A program made the position numbers and the translations under genes. 64,000 bases of DNA from Octopus vulgaris (Eukaryota): NCBI GenBank assembly GCA_951406725.2, contig OX597820.1:36208001-36272000 (forward strand), in the 5' to 3' direction. The notes under the pieces are model-generated. The model was not told the DNA's origin, did no database searches, and was given only the letters and a program-made list of their open reading frames with translations. Shown piece after piece: positions 53,425 through 64,000 of the stretch (positions within the stretch are counted from its first letter, which is position 1; every line of letters begins with the position of its first letter).

Positions 53425-53506
53425 CCCTCTGACGAGATTTTGCTTAATATAAGGATTTAATAATTGCTATTTTAATCTTTAGGCTTAATTGAAACAGCTG
53501 TAAGAG
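53425..53506 (+). ncRNA. Type I hammerhead ribozyme with intact core and long stem II
   Basis: ccct-CTGACGA-gatt..(AT-rich hairpin)..aatt-GAAA-cagctg-TA-agag. Confidence 0.65.
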
Positions 53507-53589
53507 AATATGTTGGATTTTTGCAGATGATAAATTTTTATTAAGTGCTATATCTCCATTTTCTTAATTTTCTTTTATATATATATATA

Positions 53590-56500
53590 CTACCATCCCT
53601 ACCCCTCCCTACCCCTAGTCTCGACCTATGTAAGGTAATGTTCATACAGTGCAAAATATGAAAGGCTAGTGTTATGCAGGTTGTACTGAAGGCTACTTTA
53701 CTACTTCATTACTTGCACATGAATTCTGCCAAATGCGAGCTTTCTTTTCAGGTACACGAAGCTACTGTCCACCGTCCCAGGGTCTCTAGAGCCCATGCCT
53801 CCCACACTCTCAGGGTTGGCACCCTCAACGTTGGCACACTGAAAGGTAGGTCTGGTGAGATAGTCGAGATGCTTGAACGGAGATGTGTGGATATATGTTG
53901 CACGCAAGAAATAAGGTGGAGAGGAGGATCAGCTAGGTTCCTCACAGGCAAGGAACGCAGGTACAAGATTTTCTGGGCAGGGAACACTGACGGGATCGGT
54001 GGCGTGGGTATGCTTATCGCTGAGAAATGGGTAGATAAAGTAATTGAGGTAATCAGAGTGTGACAGAATACTTAAGATTAGATTAGTGCTTCATCATAGT
54101 TTAGCAACCATTATATCAGCCTATGCTCCTCAGTCGGGGCTACCCGATGGACAGAAAGACCGATTCTATGACACTCTACTGCAGACTACCTCGTTGACGA
54201 ACGACAGAGACCTTCTCTTTGTGGCTGGTGACTTCAATGGTCACGTTGGACGACATGCTGGGGGCTTCCATGGCGTACATGGAGGCTATGGCTATGGCTC
54301 CCGCAACGAGGAGGGAACCAGGCTGCTGGAGTTCTGCGATGCAAATAATCTTATGATTTGCAACACTAACTTCAGGAAACCTACCAGCCACCTAGTCACT
54401 TACCGATCGGGCCAACATACCAGCCAAATTTACTACATCCTTGCAAGGCAAAGGGAGAGATGGCTGCTTATAAATGCCAAAACCTTCCCAGGCGAAGAAT
54501 GTACCCTACAACATAGACTGGTAGTTAGTGACTTTAGGATCAGGACTAGGAGGACAACCAGAAGACGACCAATATGGAGAAGAAGGATCAGGAAGCTTAA
54601 AGATCCTGCAAATGGACAGAGATTTAGGGACATGTTACTTGAAGCCTTTGACGAAGTAGAAGGGGATAGAGCATCACAGGGGGTAGAAGACAACTGGACG
54701 TTTCTAAGGGAAAACCTGCTGAGAGCCACTGACCAGATCTGTGGCTGGTGCAAAGTCCCTTCTCGACCTAGAATAACGTGGTGGTGGAACAATATTGTAG
54801 ACAGGGCTATTAGAGAAAAGAGACAGGCTTGGAAGGTCTGGAAAAACGGGGGTAGCAGGGAATTGTATCAGACTGCCAAAAGAGAAGCTAGGAGACAGGT
54901 TTATTTAGCCAGAGGGGAAGCAGATAAGAAAAAATTTGCCAATGTTCTGCGCCGTGAGGACCAAAGACTGGAGGTGTTTCGCGTTGCAAGACAGTGTGTG
55001 AGAGAGAATCATGATGTGGTAGGAGAGAAGTGTGTTCGCATGGAAGATGGTTCACTTGCGCTAAATGAGGATGCAAAGAGTGAGGTTTGGAGACGCCACT
55101 ATGAAAGGTTGCTGAATAAAGAAAATGATTGAGATAAAGAGAGTCTGCCGAATGTTGACCCAACAGAGGGACCAACTATCCGAGTTGATAGTTCCGTGGT
55201 AGCTAAGGCAATTAGAAGCATGAAGATAGGGAAAGCCCCAGGCCCATCAGGAATCACTGCAGAGATGCTCAAAATGTCTGGTAGTGTCGGCTATAGCCTA
55301 GTCACCCGTATAGTTAATCAGGTGATACACAAAGGAGTCATACCCAATGACTGGTGTAGCAGCATAATAGTCAACTGCTACAAAGGTAAAGGTGACGCCC
55401 TAGATACAAATAACTACAGAGGTTTCAAGCTGTTGGATCAGGTGATGAAGGTTACGGAGAGGGTCATAGCCCAACTAATTAGAGAGAGAGTTAGTTTAGA
55501 TGAGATGCAGTTTGGGTTTGTGCCAGGGAAAAGTACCACTGATGCTATATTCCTGGTAAGGCAGCTGCAGGAGAAATACCTAGCCAAAGATAAACCCCTG
55601 TACCTGACTTTTGTTGACATGGAGAAAGCCTTCGACAGGGTCCCCCGATCCCTTATCTGGTGGTCAATGAGGAAACTAGGGATAGATGAATGGTTAGTGA
55701 GAGCTGTGCGGGCCATGTATAGGGACGCTGCTAGTAAGGTGAGGGTTGGCAACAAGTACAGTGAAGAATTCCGGGTAGAGGTAGGGGTCCACCAAGGCTC
55801 AGTCCTCAGCCCCGTCCTATTTATCATAGTCCTCCAGGCAATAACGGAGGAATTCAAGACAGGATGCCCTTGGGAGCTCCTCCATGCTGATGACTTTGCT
55901 CTAATTGCTGAGTCGCTATCAGAACTGGAGGAGAAGTTTCAGGTGTGGAAACAAGGATTAGAATCGAAGGGCCTCAGAGTCAATCTAGCTAAAACCAAAG
56001 TCGTAATCAGTAGGAAGGTAGACAAATCACAAACGCCTTCAGGTAGATGGCCCTGCTCGATCTGTAGAAAAGGTGTAGGTAGAAACTCTATAAGATGCAC
56101 CAAGTGTAAGCTATGGACACATAAGAGGTGCAGCAATGTCAAAGGAAGGCTAACTAGGAAGATGGTTTTTTTATGTGGCAGATGCTCAGGAACAATAAAC
56201 ACTGAAAATGCTCTGAGACCAACTTCCGTCACTTTCCAGGGAGAAAAACTAGAAATAGTTGATAGTTTCCGTTACCTAGGTGACCAAGTCAGCAGCGGGG
56301 GCGGGTGTGCTGAAAGTGTAACTGCTAGAGTAAGAATAGCTTGGGAAAAGTTCAGAGAGCTCTTACCTCTGCTGGTGACAAAAGGCCTCTCGCACAGAGT
56401 GAAAGGCAGACTGTATGATGCGTGTGTACGAACAGCCATGCTACATGGCAGTGAAACATGGGCCGTGACTGCTGAGGATATGCGTAAGCTCGCAAGAAAT

Positions 56501-57342
56501 GAAGCCAGTATGCTCCAATGGATGTGTAATGTCAGTACTCATACTCGGCAGAGTGTAAGTACCTTGAGAGAAAAGCTGGACCTAAGAAGCATCAGTTGTG
56601 GTGCGCAAGAGAGACGTTTGCGCTGGTATGGTCATGTGGCAAGAATGGATGAAGATAGTTGTGTGAAAAAGTGCCACACCCTAGCGGTTGAGGGAACATG
56701 CGGAAGAGGCAGACCCAAGAAAACCTGGGACGAGGTGGTGAAGCACGACCTTCGAACTTTAGGTCTCACTGAGGAAATGACTAGAGACCGAGACCTCTGG
56801 AAGTGTGCTGTGCGCGAGAAGACCCAGCAGGACAAGTGAGTCCATAACCCATGACCTTCTACATGGGATGGAGCCAGCCTACGTATGCATGCCTTCCCTT
56901 CTTGGGACACAAAACTCTACTTGTGAAGACCTGTTGAGGCAAGTGAGGATCAGAATCGAAATCGATCAATGGAAATTGCAGATGTGTTACCAGTGCCGGT
57001 GGCATGTAAGAGAACCTTCTGTTTCGCGACCGTTGCCAGTGGCACGTAAAAAGCACCATCCGTTCGTGTCCGTTGCCAGCCTCGCCTGGCCCCCGTGCCG
57101 GTAACACATAAAAAGCACCATCCGTTCGTGGCCGTTTGCCAGCTCTGTCTGGCACCTGTGCGGGTGGTACGTAAAAAGCACCCACTACACCCATGGAGTG
57201 GTTGGCTTTAGGAAGGGAATCCAGCCGTAGAAACACTGCCAGATCTGACTGGGCCTGATGAAGCCTTCTGGCTTCACAGACCCCAGTAGAACCGTCCAAC
57301 CCATGCTAGCATGGAAAACGGACGCTAAACGATGATGATGAT
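53590..57342 (+). mobile_element. Near full-length RTE-type LINE (APE endonuclease, RT, PHD finger) with (GAT)n tail
   Basis: EN motifs TLNVGTL, QEIRW, SAYAPQ and GDFNGHVG; RT motifs QFGF, DMEKAFD, GVHQGSVLSP, HADD and FRYLG; 3' UTR repeats; tail gacgctaaacgatgatgatg. Confidence 0.95.
53674..56839 (+). pseudogene. LINE EN-RT ORF with one frameshift (about 54060), one in-frame TGA (55130) and YADD changed to HADD
   Basis: ORFs 54086-55132 and 55196-56839 share a frame; 53674-54063 is shifted. Confidence 0.9.
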
Positions 57343-58549
57343 AATGTTATAATAAAACTACAAATCTTGTTAAATACAGCTACTCAGGGTTTCCTGGTCA
57401 AAATAATAATTTATTTTGTCATTTTCAAGCTGAGAACAATATCGTTTGTCAGTAGCCTTTTGAGCAGGTGACATTTAAACATGAGATGCTGGCAAGGAAG
57501 GAGAGAAGAAGAATAACACAAGGGAGATAACCAATGTTACAACAATTGTCAGGCAGATGTAAACAAGATAAGGGTTTACTAAGTGTCTGGTGGTCTACTT
57601 TTAAACTCAGACAAGATGAGTGTGTATATATGTTTCTTTGTTTTGACATAGTATAGATGATAGTTGTAAATGGGTGTCACTGCCATGCAAACAATGGCAT
57701 TCATTTCCAATATTCTGCAAAAACATGTCTGGCCATGGGGAAATATTACCTTGTTTGGAAGCAGATAAGAATTGGTGACAGGAAAGATATCCAAATGAAG
57801 AAAATCTGCCTCAATAAATTCCCTCCAACTAATGCAAGTAAGGAAAAGAGGACTTTAAAAAATGATATTGATAAACAAACGACAATGATTATGATCAAAA
57901 TATTTCGTTTTTGGTGAAATTTATACTTATCCTTTTAAACAAGTTATTTTGATATTAAGTACATGACCCAGCTCCAGTCAACATGTCATATGTTGGGGAA
58001 GCTTTGGTTATACAAACTCTTTAAATCAGTTACGAGAAAAACAAAAGGCAATAGAAATATGTTCTCACACTTAGTTATAAAGCAGTGGAATTTATTTCAC
58101 ATATTTGTGACAATAATAGATTATAGTTACAAACAACATTCACATTGGACAAAAGGCATTCAAACACTGACCACATTTGTAGGGGAAAATTTCCTTTATG
58201 TTTTAACTTGTGAAAACTTTTTAGATAATATTAGGTGAAATATTTTTTTGCTTATATTATGAAACAAGAAGGTATGCAGCTTAGAGGTTATTGAGTTGGA
58301 TGTACAATCATCAAGTAATGTGTTCGATATCCAGAGTGGTATGTGCATTGTGAACTTGAGCAAGATGCTTGAATTCATGTTGTTTCAGTCGCATGCTCCA
58401 CTAAAAATGAGTACCAACAGTACTTGTGCCTTTTACTCTTGCCCTGGACTGACTGAAGCCTTGTGAGTGAATCTGAAAAACAGAAACTGAAAAATAAACC
58501 GTCACGTATATACATATATCTATATACGCACACATATATGTCAGATCAA

Positions 58550-58930
58550 GAACATCAGAAGGTACCATCATGTTTCAACAAAGAACAGCCTGCAGCCTCC
58601 CATCTCATAGCTATCCATTGCATGCACTGGTACTGACATGTCTTCTGTCTCCCACTAGATCACTTTACCTGGGCTTTAATCTTGTTCAATGCAGCAGCTG
58701 TGAGCTGTAAGAGGCCTCGTGGCAGGCCCCACACCAGATAGCTAGACATGATTGAAGAAGATCTCTAGAGGTTTACTTACACCATGGAGGATGTGGAGGG
58801 GCTGGCATGAGGCTGCTAGCAATGGAAAGCATGGGTGGCCTTGATCAGCTCTCTGCATGATGAAGCCTCTGGGACCACTAACTTGGATTGACCCCAGCCC
58901 CATTAAGCAAGAGCATGAAGTAAGCAAGAA
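58550..58930 (+). mobile_element. RTE-like LINE 3' end fragment
   Basis: KRPRGRPHTR motif and an (aagc)n-like tail. Confidence 0.55.
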
Positions 58931-59027
58931 AGTATATATATATATATATATATATGTTACTGAGATGTACTTGCATAGCTAGTGACCTGATCTGAGATCG
59001 TGTGCTGGAACAAAAACAATTGCAGCG

Positions 59028-59276
59028 TGGAAGTTGTTTATAAGCAATTTAAGAAACACACAAAAACCGTTAGATTCACTTCAACTTTTAAATTTAATGT
59101 GCCAAAATATTTTCAGTGCTTTGAGACCATGACCTGTTCACTGACAGCACAGAATTTTGTCAGTGAACAGGTTGTGGTCTCAAAGCAACGAAAATATTTT
59201 GGCAAATTAAATTTAAATGTTGAAGTGAATCTAACGGTTTTTGTGTGTTTCTTAAATGGCATATAAACACCTTCCA
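59028..59276. repeat. Long palindrome (arms ~118 bp, loop ~11 nt)
   Basis: atttaagaaacacacaaaaaccgttagattcacttcaac..gacctgttcactgaca pairs with its reverse complement. Confidence 0.92.
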
Positions 59277-60206
59277 TATATATATATATATATATACCTC
59301 ACTTGTGCTTGTGCCACATAAAAAGCACTAAGTCCATGCTGCTGAGTGGTTGGTGTTAAGAAGGGCATCCAGCTGTGAAAATCCTGTCAAAACAGTTACA
59401 GAAGTCAGTTACAGTTGTTGTCATGGAAAGCATGGAAAGCAGATGTTAAATGATGATGATGATGATGATGATGATATATATATATTTAAGGGGAACAGCT
59501 TTTCATTTATGTATGTCTCATAATACAAGATTATGTTCAAGTATTTTGTATGATTTACACTTTTCATATTTTCTTAACAGCTTTTTATGATCAGTTTGGA
59601 ACAGCTCCTAAATCCATATTCAACCTTTCTCGACTTCCTCAGTCTCATTCGCAAGAATTTAATTGAATATATTTAGGAACTGTGTTCTTTCTTATAAGCT
59701 GATGCATGATACTAACAGTAGTTAAAAAAAAAAAACTTTGACAAGAAAGTTTACATGCATTCAGTTTAGTTTATAAGAAACAACACCTACATCAAATCCA
59801 TTCAATCCAGTTCTTGAAAAAGAGACTGAATGTCTTGATAAGTGCATGATTGGCTGTCATCATCATCATTTAACATCCGCTTTCCATGCTAGCTGTATAG
59901 TTAAAAAGCTTGCTTCCCAATCACATGGTTCCCTGTTTGGTCTCACTGTTTGGTACTTTGGGCAAGTATCTTCTGTTATAGCCCCAGGTTGACCAAAGCT
60001 TTGTAAGTGGATTTAGTAGATGGTAGATGGAAACTGAAAGAAGTCCATCACATGCATATATATATATATATATGTATACATAATTTATGTATGTATATGT
60101 ACACATACTGGTGTGCATGTATGTATGTGTGTTTGTTTGCATCTGCCACTTGCTTTGTCAAATCATTTGTACAGTACTCTGTTGGCGGCTTTTCTCCACT
60201 CAACAG

Positions 60207-60273
60207 ATTGCTTGCTCGCTTCATGTCTTCAAAAGCCACGTGGAATATGAGATCCATTGAAAAACTGGTAAAG
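60207..60273 (+). CDS. Candidate second coding exon (R)LLARFMSSKATWNMRSIEKLVK
   Basis: cttttctccactcaacag acceptor and AAG|gttagc donor; phase 2 matches the 48931 donor; unique non-repetitive island. Confidence 0.35.
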
Positions 60274-60899
60274 GTTAGCCTCAGGAAGGCTACTTCAATA
60301 TTTCGAAAAGATATTTGTATAACCCACATTAGCATAGAAGAAATGGTTGAAAAAGGAAGAAAAAAAGAAAAATGAATTTTTATTTTGTTGTTGTAGACTG
60401 TCTGCTTTCTTCAGGGTCCAGTTTTGGGTTTTTTTTTTTTTGGCATGTGTTTCACTTGTTTTTCTTGTCAAAAAGAAAGTCTGCCTTGAGCCTGCTGATT
60501 TAAATTAGATGAATAAGCTTTTGAGGCATTGTTTTACAGCTGGATGCCTTCTTGATGCTAACCCACATCTCTATTTCCAAGGGATCTCTTATTCCATATG
60601 GCTATGGAGTGGTAGTAGTGTTGGTGAGGGGGAAGATAATGATGATGGGAGGGGTATGAGGGGAGGGTGGTGACAATGATTGCAACAATGACAATAACGA
60701 TGATGACAATGATGACAACGATGATGACGACGACAACAACGACGATGATGATGATGATGATGATTATGATGAAAATGGTGATGGTGATGATGAAAAGAGT
60801 CCATAAAGTTATAAATAACCATTTATTTCGAATAGATACCTTACATTCAAAATAACTTATATCATCATCATCATCATCATAGCAGTTTTAGCAAGAGAC

Positions 60900-61020
60900 T
60901 ATAATAAAAATAATGATGATGATGATAATAATAATAATAATAACAATAATAATAATAATAATAATGATGATGATAATAATAATAATAACAATAATAATAA
61001 TAATAATAATGATGATGATG

Positions 61021-61081
<61 letters not shown>

Positions 61082-61098
61082 TGATGATGATGATAATG

Positions 61099-61144
<46 letters not shown>

Positions 61145-61158
61145 TGATGATGATGATG

Positions 61159-61207
<49 letters not shown>

Positions 61208-61219
61208 TGATGATGATAA
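60900..61219. repeat. (AAT)/(GAT) trinucleotide array; others at 18190-18295, 45370-45445 and 62473-62650
   Basis: Direct reading. Confidence 0.95.
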
Positions 61220-61264
61220 TGCTTTCTAATTGATGTATCAATACCAACAGATAACAATGTTTCT

Positions 61265-61493
61265 TTAACCCTTTAGTGTTCACATTATTCTGCCAAAATT
61301 AATGCTTCTTCATCCACATTGTTTTGAACTAATCATTCATCATCTTGTAGCCATGAGATTTTGATGAGGTAGCTGTTAATTTTTAAAACAATATTGTAGG
61401 GTTGGTGTGAGAGACCAGATCTGGCCAGTTTGAACATAAAACAGGTAGAATATTTTTGGCCGGATATGGCCGGTTTAAATACTAAAGGGTTAA
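61265..61493. mobile_element. piggyBac-type MITE with TTAA duplication
   Basis: TTAA-ccctttagt ... actaaaggg-TTAA. Confidence 0.85.
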
Positions 61494-61603
61494 AAGAAAT
61501 GGAGAAACTATCAAAATACAAAGACCTGGAAATAGAGGTAACTCAAATGTGGAGTCTAGAAACAGAAACAATTCTAATCATAGTAAGCATTTTAGGTATT
61601 ATT

Positions 61604-62009
61604 TTATTCTTTTACTTGTTTCAGTCATTTGACTGCAACCATGCTGGAGCACTGCGTTTAGTCGAGCAAATCGACCCCCAGACTTATTATTTGTAAGCCT
61701 AGTACATATTCTATCAGTCTTTTTTGCCGAACCACTAATTTACAGGGATGTAAACACACCAGCATCAGTTGTCAAGTGATGTTGGGGGAACAAACGCAGA
61801 AACACAAACATATACGCACACACACACACATATATATACATATATACGATGGCCTTCTTTCAGTTTCTGTCTACCAAATCCACTCACAAGGTTTTGGTCA
61901 GCTCGAGGCTATAGTAGAAGACACTTGCCCAAGATGCCATGCAGTAGGATTGAACCCGGAACCATGTGGCTGGTAAGCAAGCTACTTACCATACAGCCAC
62001 TCCTGCACC
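61604..62009 (-). mobile_element. Dominant CORE-type SINE
   Basis: Reverse complement of the 17061 family. Confidence 0.9.
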
Positions 62010-62225
62010 TAAAATAATATTCAGACAAATACATAACAAAGCCACCATGACTAACAAATATATATAACATACAGAAAATAGCACTACAAGGCACTGCACA
62101 CATCCTATGTAAACCACTTTCAATACAGTAAAAATAAGAGCATCACAACAAACCACAGCACATACCCAAGGCACACAGAGTTGTACTTGGTAGTGCAGTG
62201 AAAGTACATGATAAAAATAAGATTA

Positions 62226-62267
<42 letters not shown>

Positions 62268-62499
62268 TGGAACGGCTCATGTACTGAGAAGAGCATTATC
62301 ACTGTGAAAACAACATCCATTCATGAATTTATTTATTTATTAATTTTTTTAAATACATATTTTACCAGTGAATTTGCATTTGTAATCTGGGAATGCATAC
62401 AATGAGCTTCTCTGCCCTAGGTGTATGGAAAATACTCGGCGAGAAACGGAAGAAAATTTGAAGAAAGAAGGAAATAATAATAATAAAAATAATAATAAC

Positions 62500-62552
<53 letters not shown>

Positions 62553-62592
62553 TAATAATAATAATAATGATAATAATAATGATGATAATAAA

Positions 62593-62636
<44 letters not shown>

Positions 62637-62651
62637 TAATAATAATGATAA

Positions 62652-64000
62652 CAGACAACAGCATATTCCCTAATGAACAGAAAGGATGTAAACGTGGATC
62701 CTACGGCTGTAAAGACAAACTACTCATCAATAAGATGATCTTAGAAGATTGTTACAAACGACACCAAAACTTATCAATAGCCTGGATAGACTATAAAAAG
62801 GCTTTTGATAGCCTACCACATGGCTGGATTAGGAAATGCCTGGAAATGTATAAGATAGCACCTACTCTGCGAAACTTCCTGACTGTAAGCATGAGATCAT
62901 GGAGAACCACACTAACTCTGAACAGTGACAATGAATCCCTGCTGGTGATGTAAAAATTTCATGTGGCATTTTCCAGGGTGACTCACTGTCACCACTCCTC
63001 TTTTGTTTATCCTTAATACCTCTCTCAAAGCTGCTCAATGATGCGCAGTATGGGTATAAAATGTTTGATAAAAATATAAATCATCTCATTTACATGGATG
63101 ATTTAAAGCTTTTTGCAAAAAATGACCAACAACTCAAGGGCTTACTAGCGATAGTCAAACAATTCAGTGACGACATCAGAATGCAATTCGGCCTCGATAA
63201 ATGTGCAAAAGCTACCTTTATCAAAGGAAAAATGACAGAAACATTTAACGTTAACCTTGACCAGCAGAATGTCATAAAAGAACTAGACCCAGTGGAGAGC
63301 TACAAGTACCTAGGGGTAATTGAAGGGAACGGAATAAGGCATTCAGAGATGAAGGAAAGGATCAGGAGAGAATGCTATCGAAGAGTGAGAGCAATACTCA
63401 AGACAGAGCTGAATGCAAGAAACAGGATCAAAGCGATCAATGCATTAGCTATACCAGTCGTGACTTACAGTTTCAATATTGTTAACTGGTCAATTACTGA
63501 AATATGTCAGCTCGACAGAAAAATAAGGAAACTGTTGACAATGCATAGAATGCACCACCCTAAGGCAGATACAGAACGACTCTATCTGCCAAGAAAAGAG
63601 GGAGGCCGTGGTCTTTTACAACTGGCAATAACAATGAAGATTGCTACAATTGGCCTAGACACCTACCTGAAAAACTCTGAGGACTGGATGTTAAAACTTG
63701 TCTCAAAACATGAAAACAAGAAAGCATCATACTCAGTCACAAAACAGGCAAAGGAATATCTAAGTGAATTCCGAATACAACCAATTTCAGAATTAGAGAT
63801 AGACATACAAGAAACAAGCACAGAAAAAGCTAAGCGCATGAAAACCCATGCCAAAACTGCGGCATTAGATATTCTGAATAATAAATGGCAAGAAAAACCT
63901 CTCTATGGCAAATACCCAAAGAGAGCAAATAATGCAGATGTTGACAAAGCCCTGACCCATCAATGGCTAATGGCCTCTGGCTTAAAATCTGAAACAGAGG
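62652..64000 (+). mobile_element. 5'-truncated R4/Dong-like non-LTR retrotransposon, RT region running off the window
   Basis: [56 protein letters not shown] and RLYLPRKEGGRGL; one frameshift at about 62940. Confidence 0.92.

Larger units (their letters stand above)
61220..62232 (+). mobile_element. R4/Dong-like non-LTR 3' fragment (restriction-like endonuclease and 3' UTR), split by a MITE and a SINE
   Basis: CFLIDVSIPTDNNVSL|KEMEKLSKYKDLEIEV..|..QKIALQGTAHIL; flanked by (AAT)n on both sides. Confidence 0.8.

Noticed and set aside
60877-61283. Poly-Ile, poly-Tyr and poly-Asn ORFs (also 62362-62673, 45294-45575, 18187-18436)
   Set aside because: (AAT)n arrays.

Overview
Eukaryotic, AT-rich DNA saturated with microsatellites. 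The SINE/LINE repertoire looks like coleoid cephalopod, most likely Octopus (inference). Most of the window is transposon debris and simple repeats, so most ORFs in the supplied track are microsatellite artefacts. Host genes: three phase-compatible + strand exons (1126-1211, 11133-11206, 17748-18017) encode the C-terminus of a coiled-coil protein resembling CCDC178, and two weaker exon sets lie further along. Main elements: a compact, GC-rich, young Ty3/Gypsy LTR retrotransposon (35612-39819, minus); a near full-length RTE-type LINE with a PHD finger inside its RT (about 53590-57342); R4/Dong-like non-LTR elements in (AAT)n; a second, decayed Gypsy; mariner, hAT, piggyBac and pogo remnants; Helitrons including a head-to-tail dimer; many tRNA-derived SINEs; and Penelope-type inverted repeats carrying minimal hammerhead ribozymes. 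The most striking observation is that the Gypsy element has no canonical TGG primer-binding site. The 12 nt abutting its 5' LTR are complementary to the first 12 nt of tRNA-Phe, which suggests priming by a 5' tRNA fragment.
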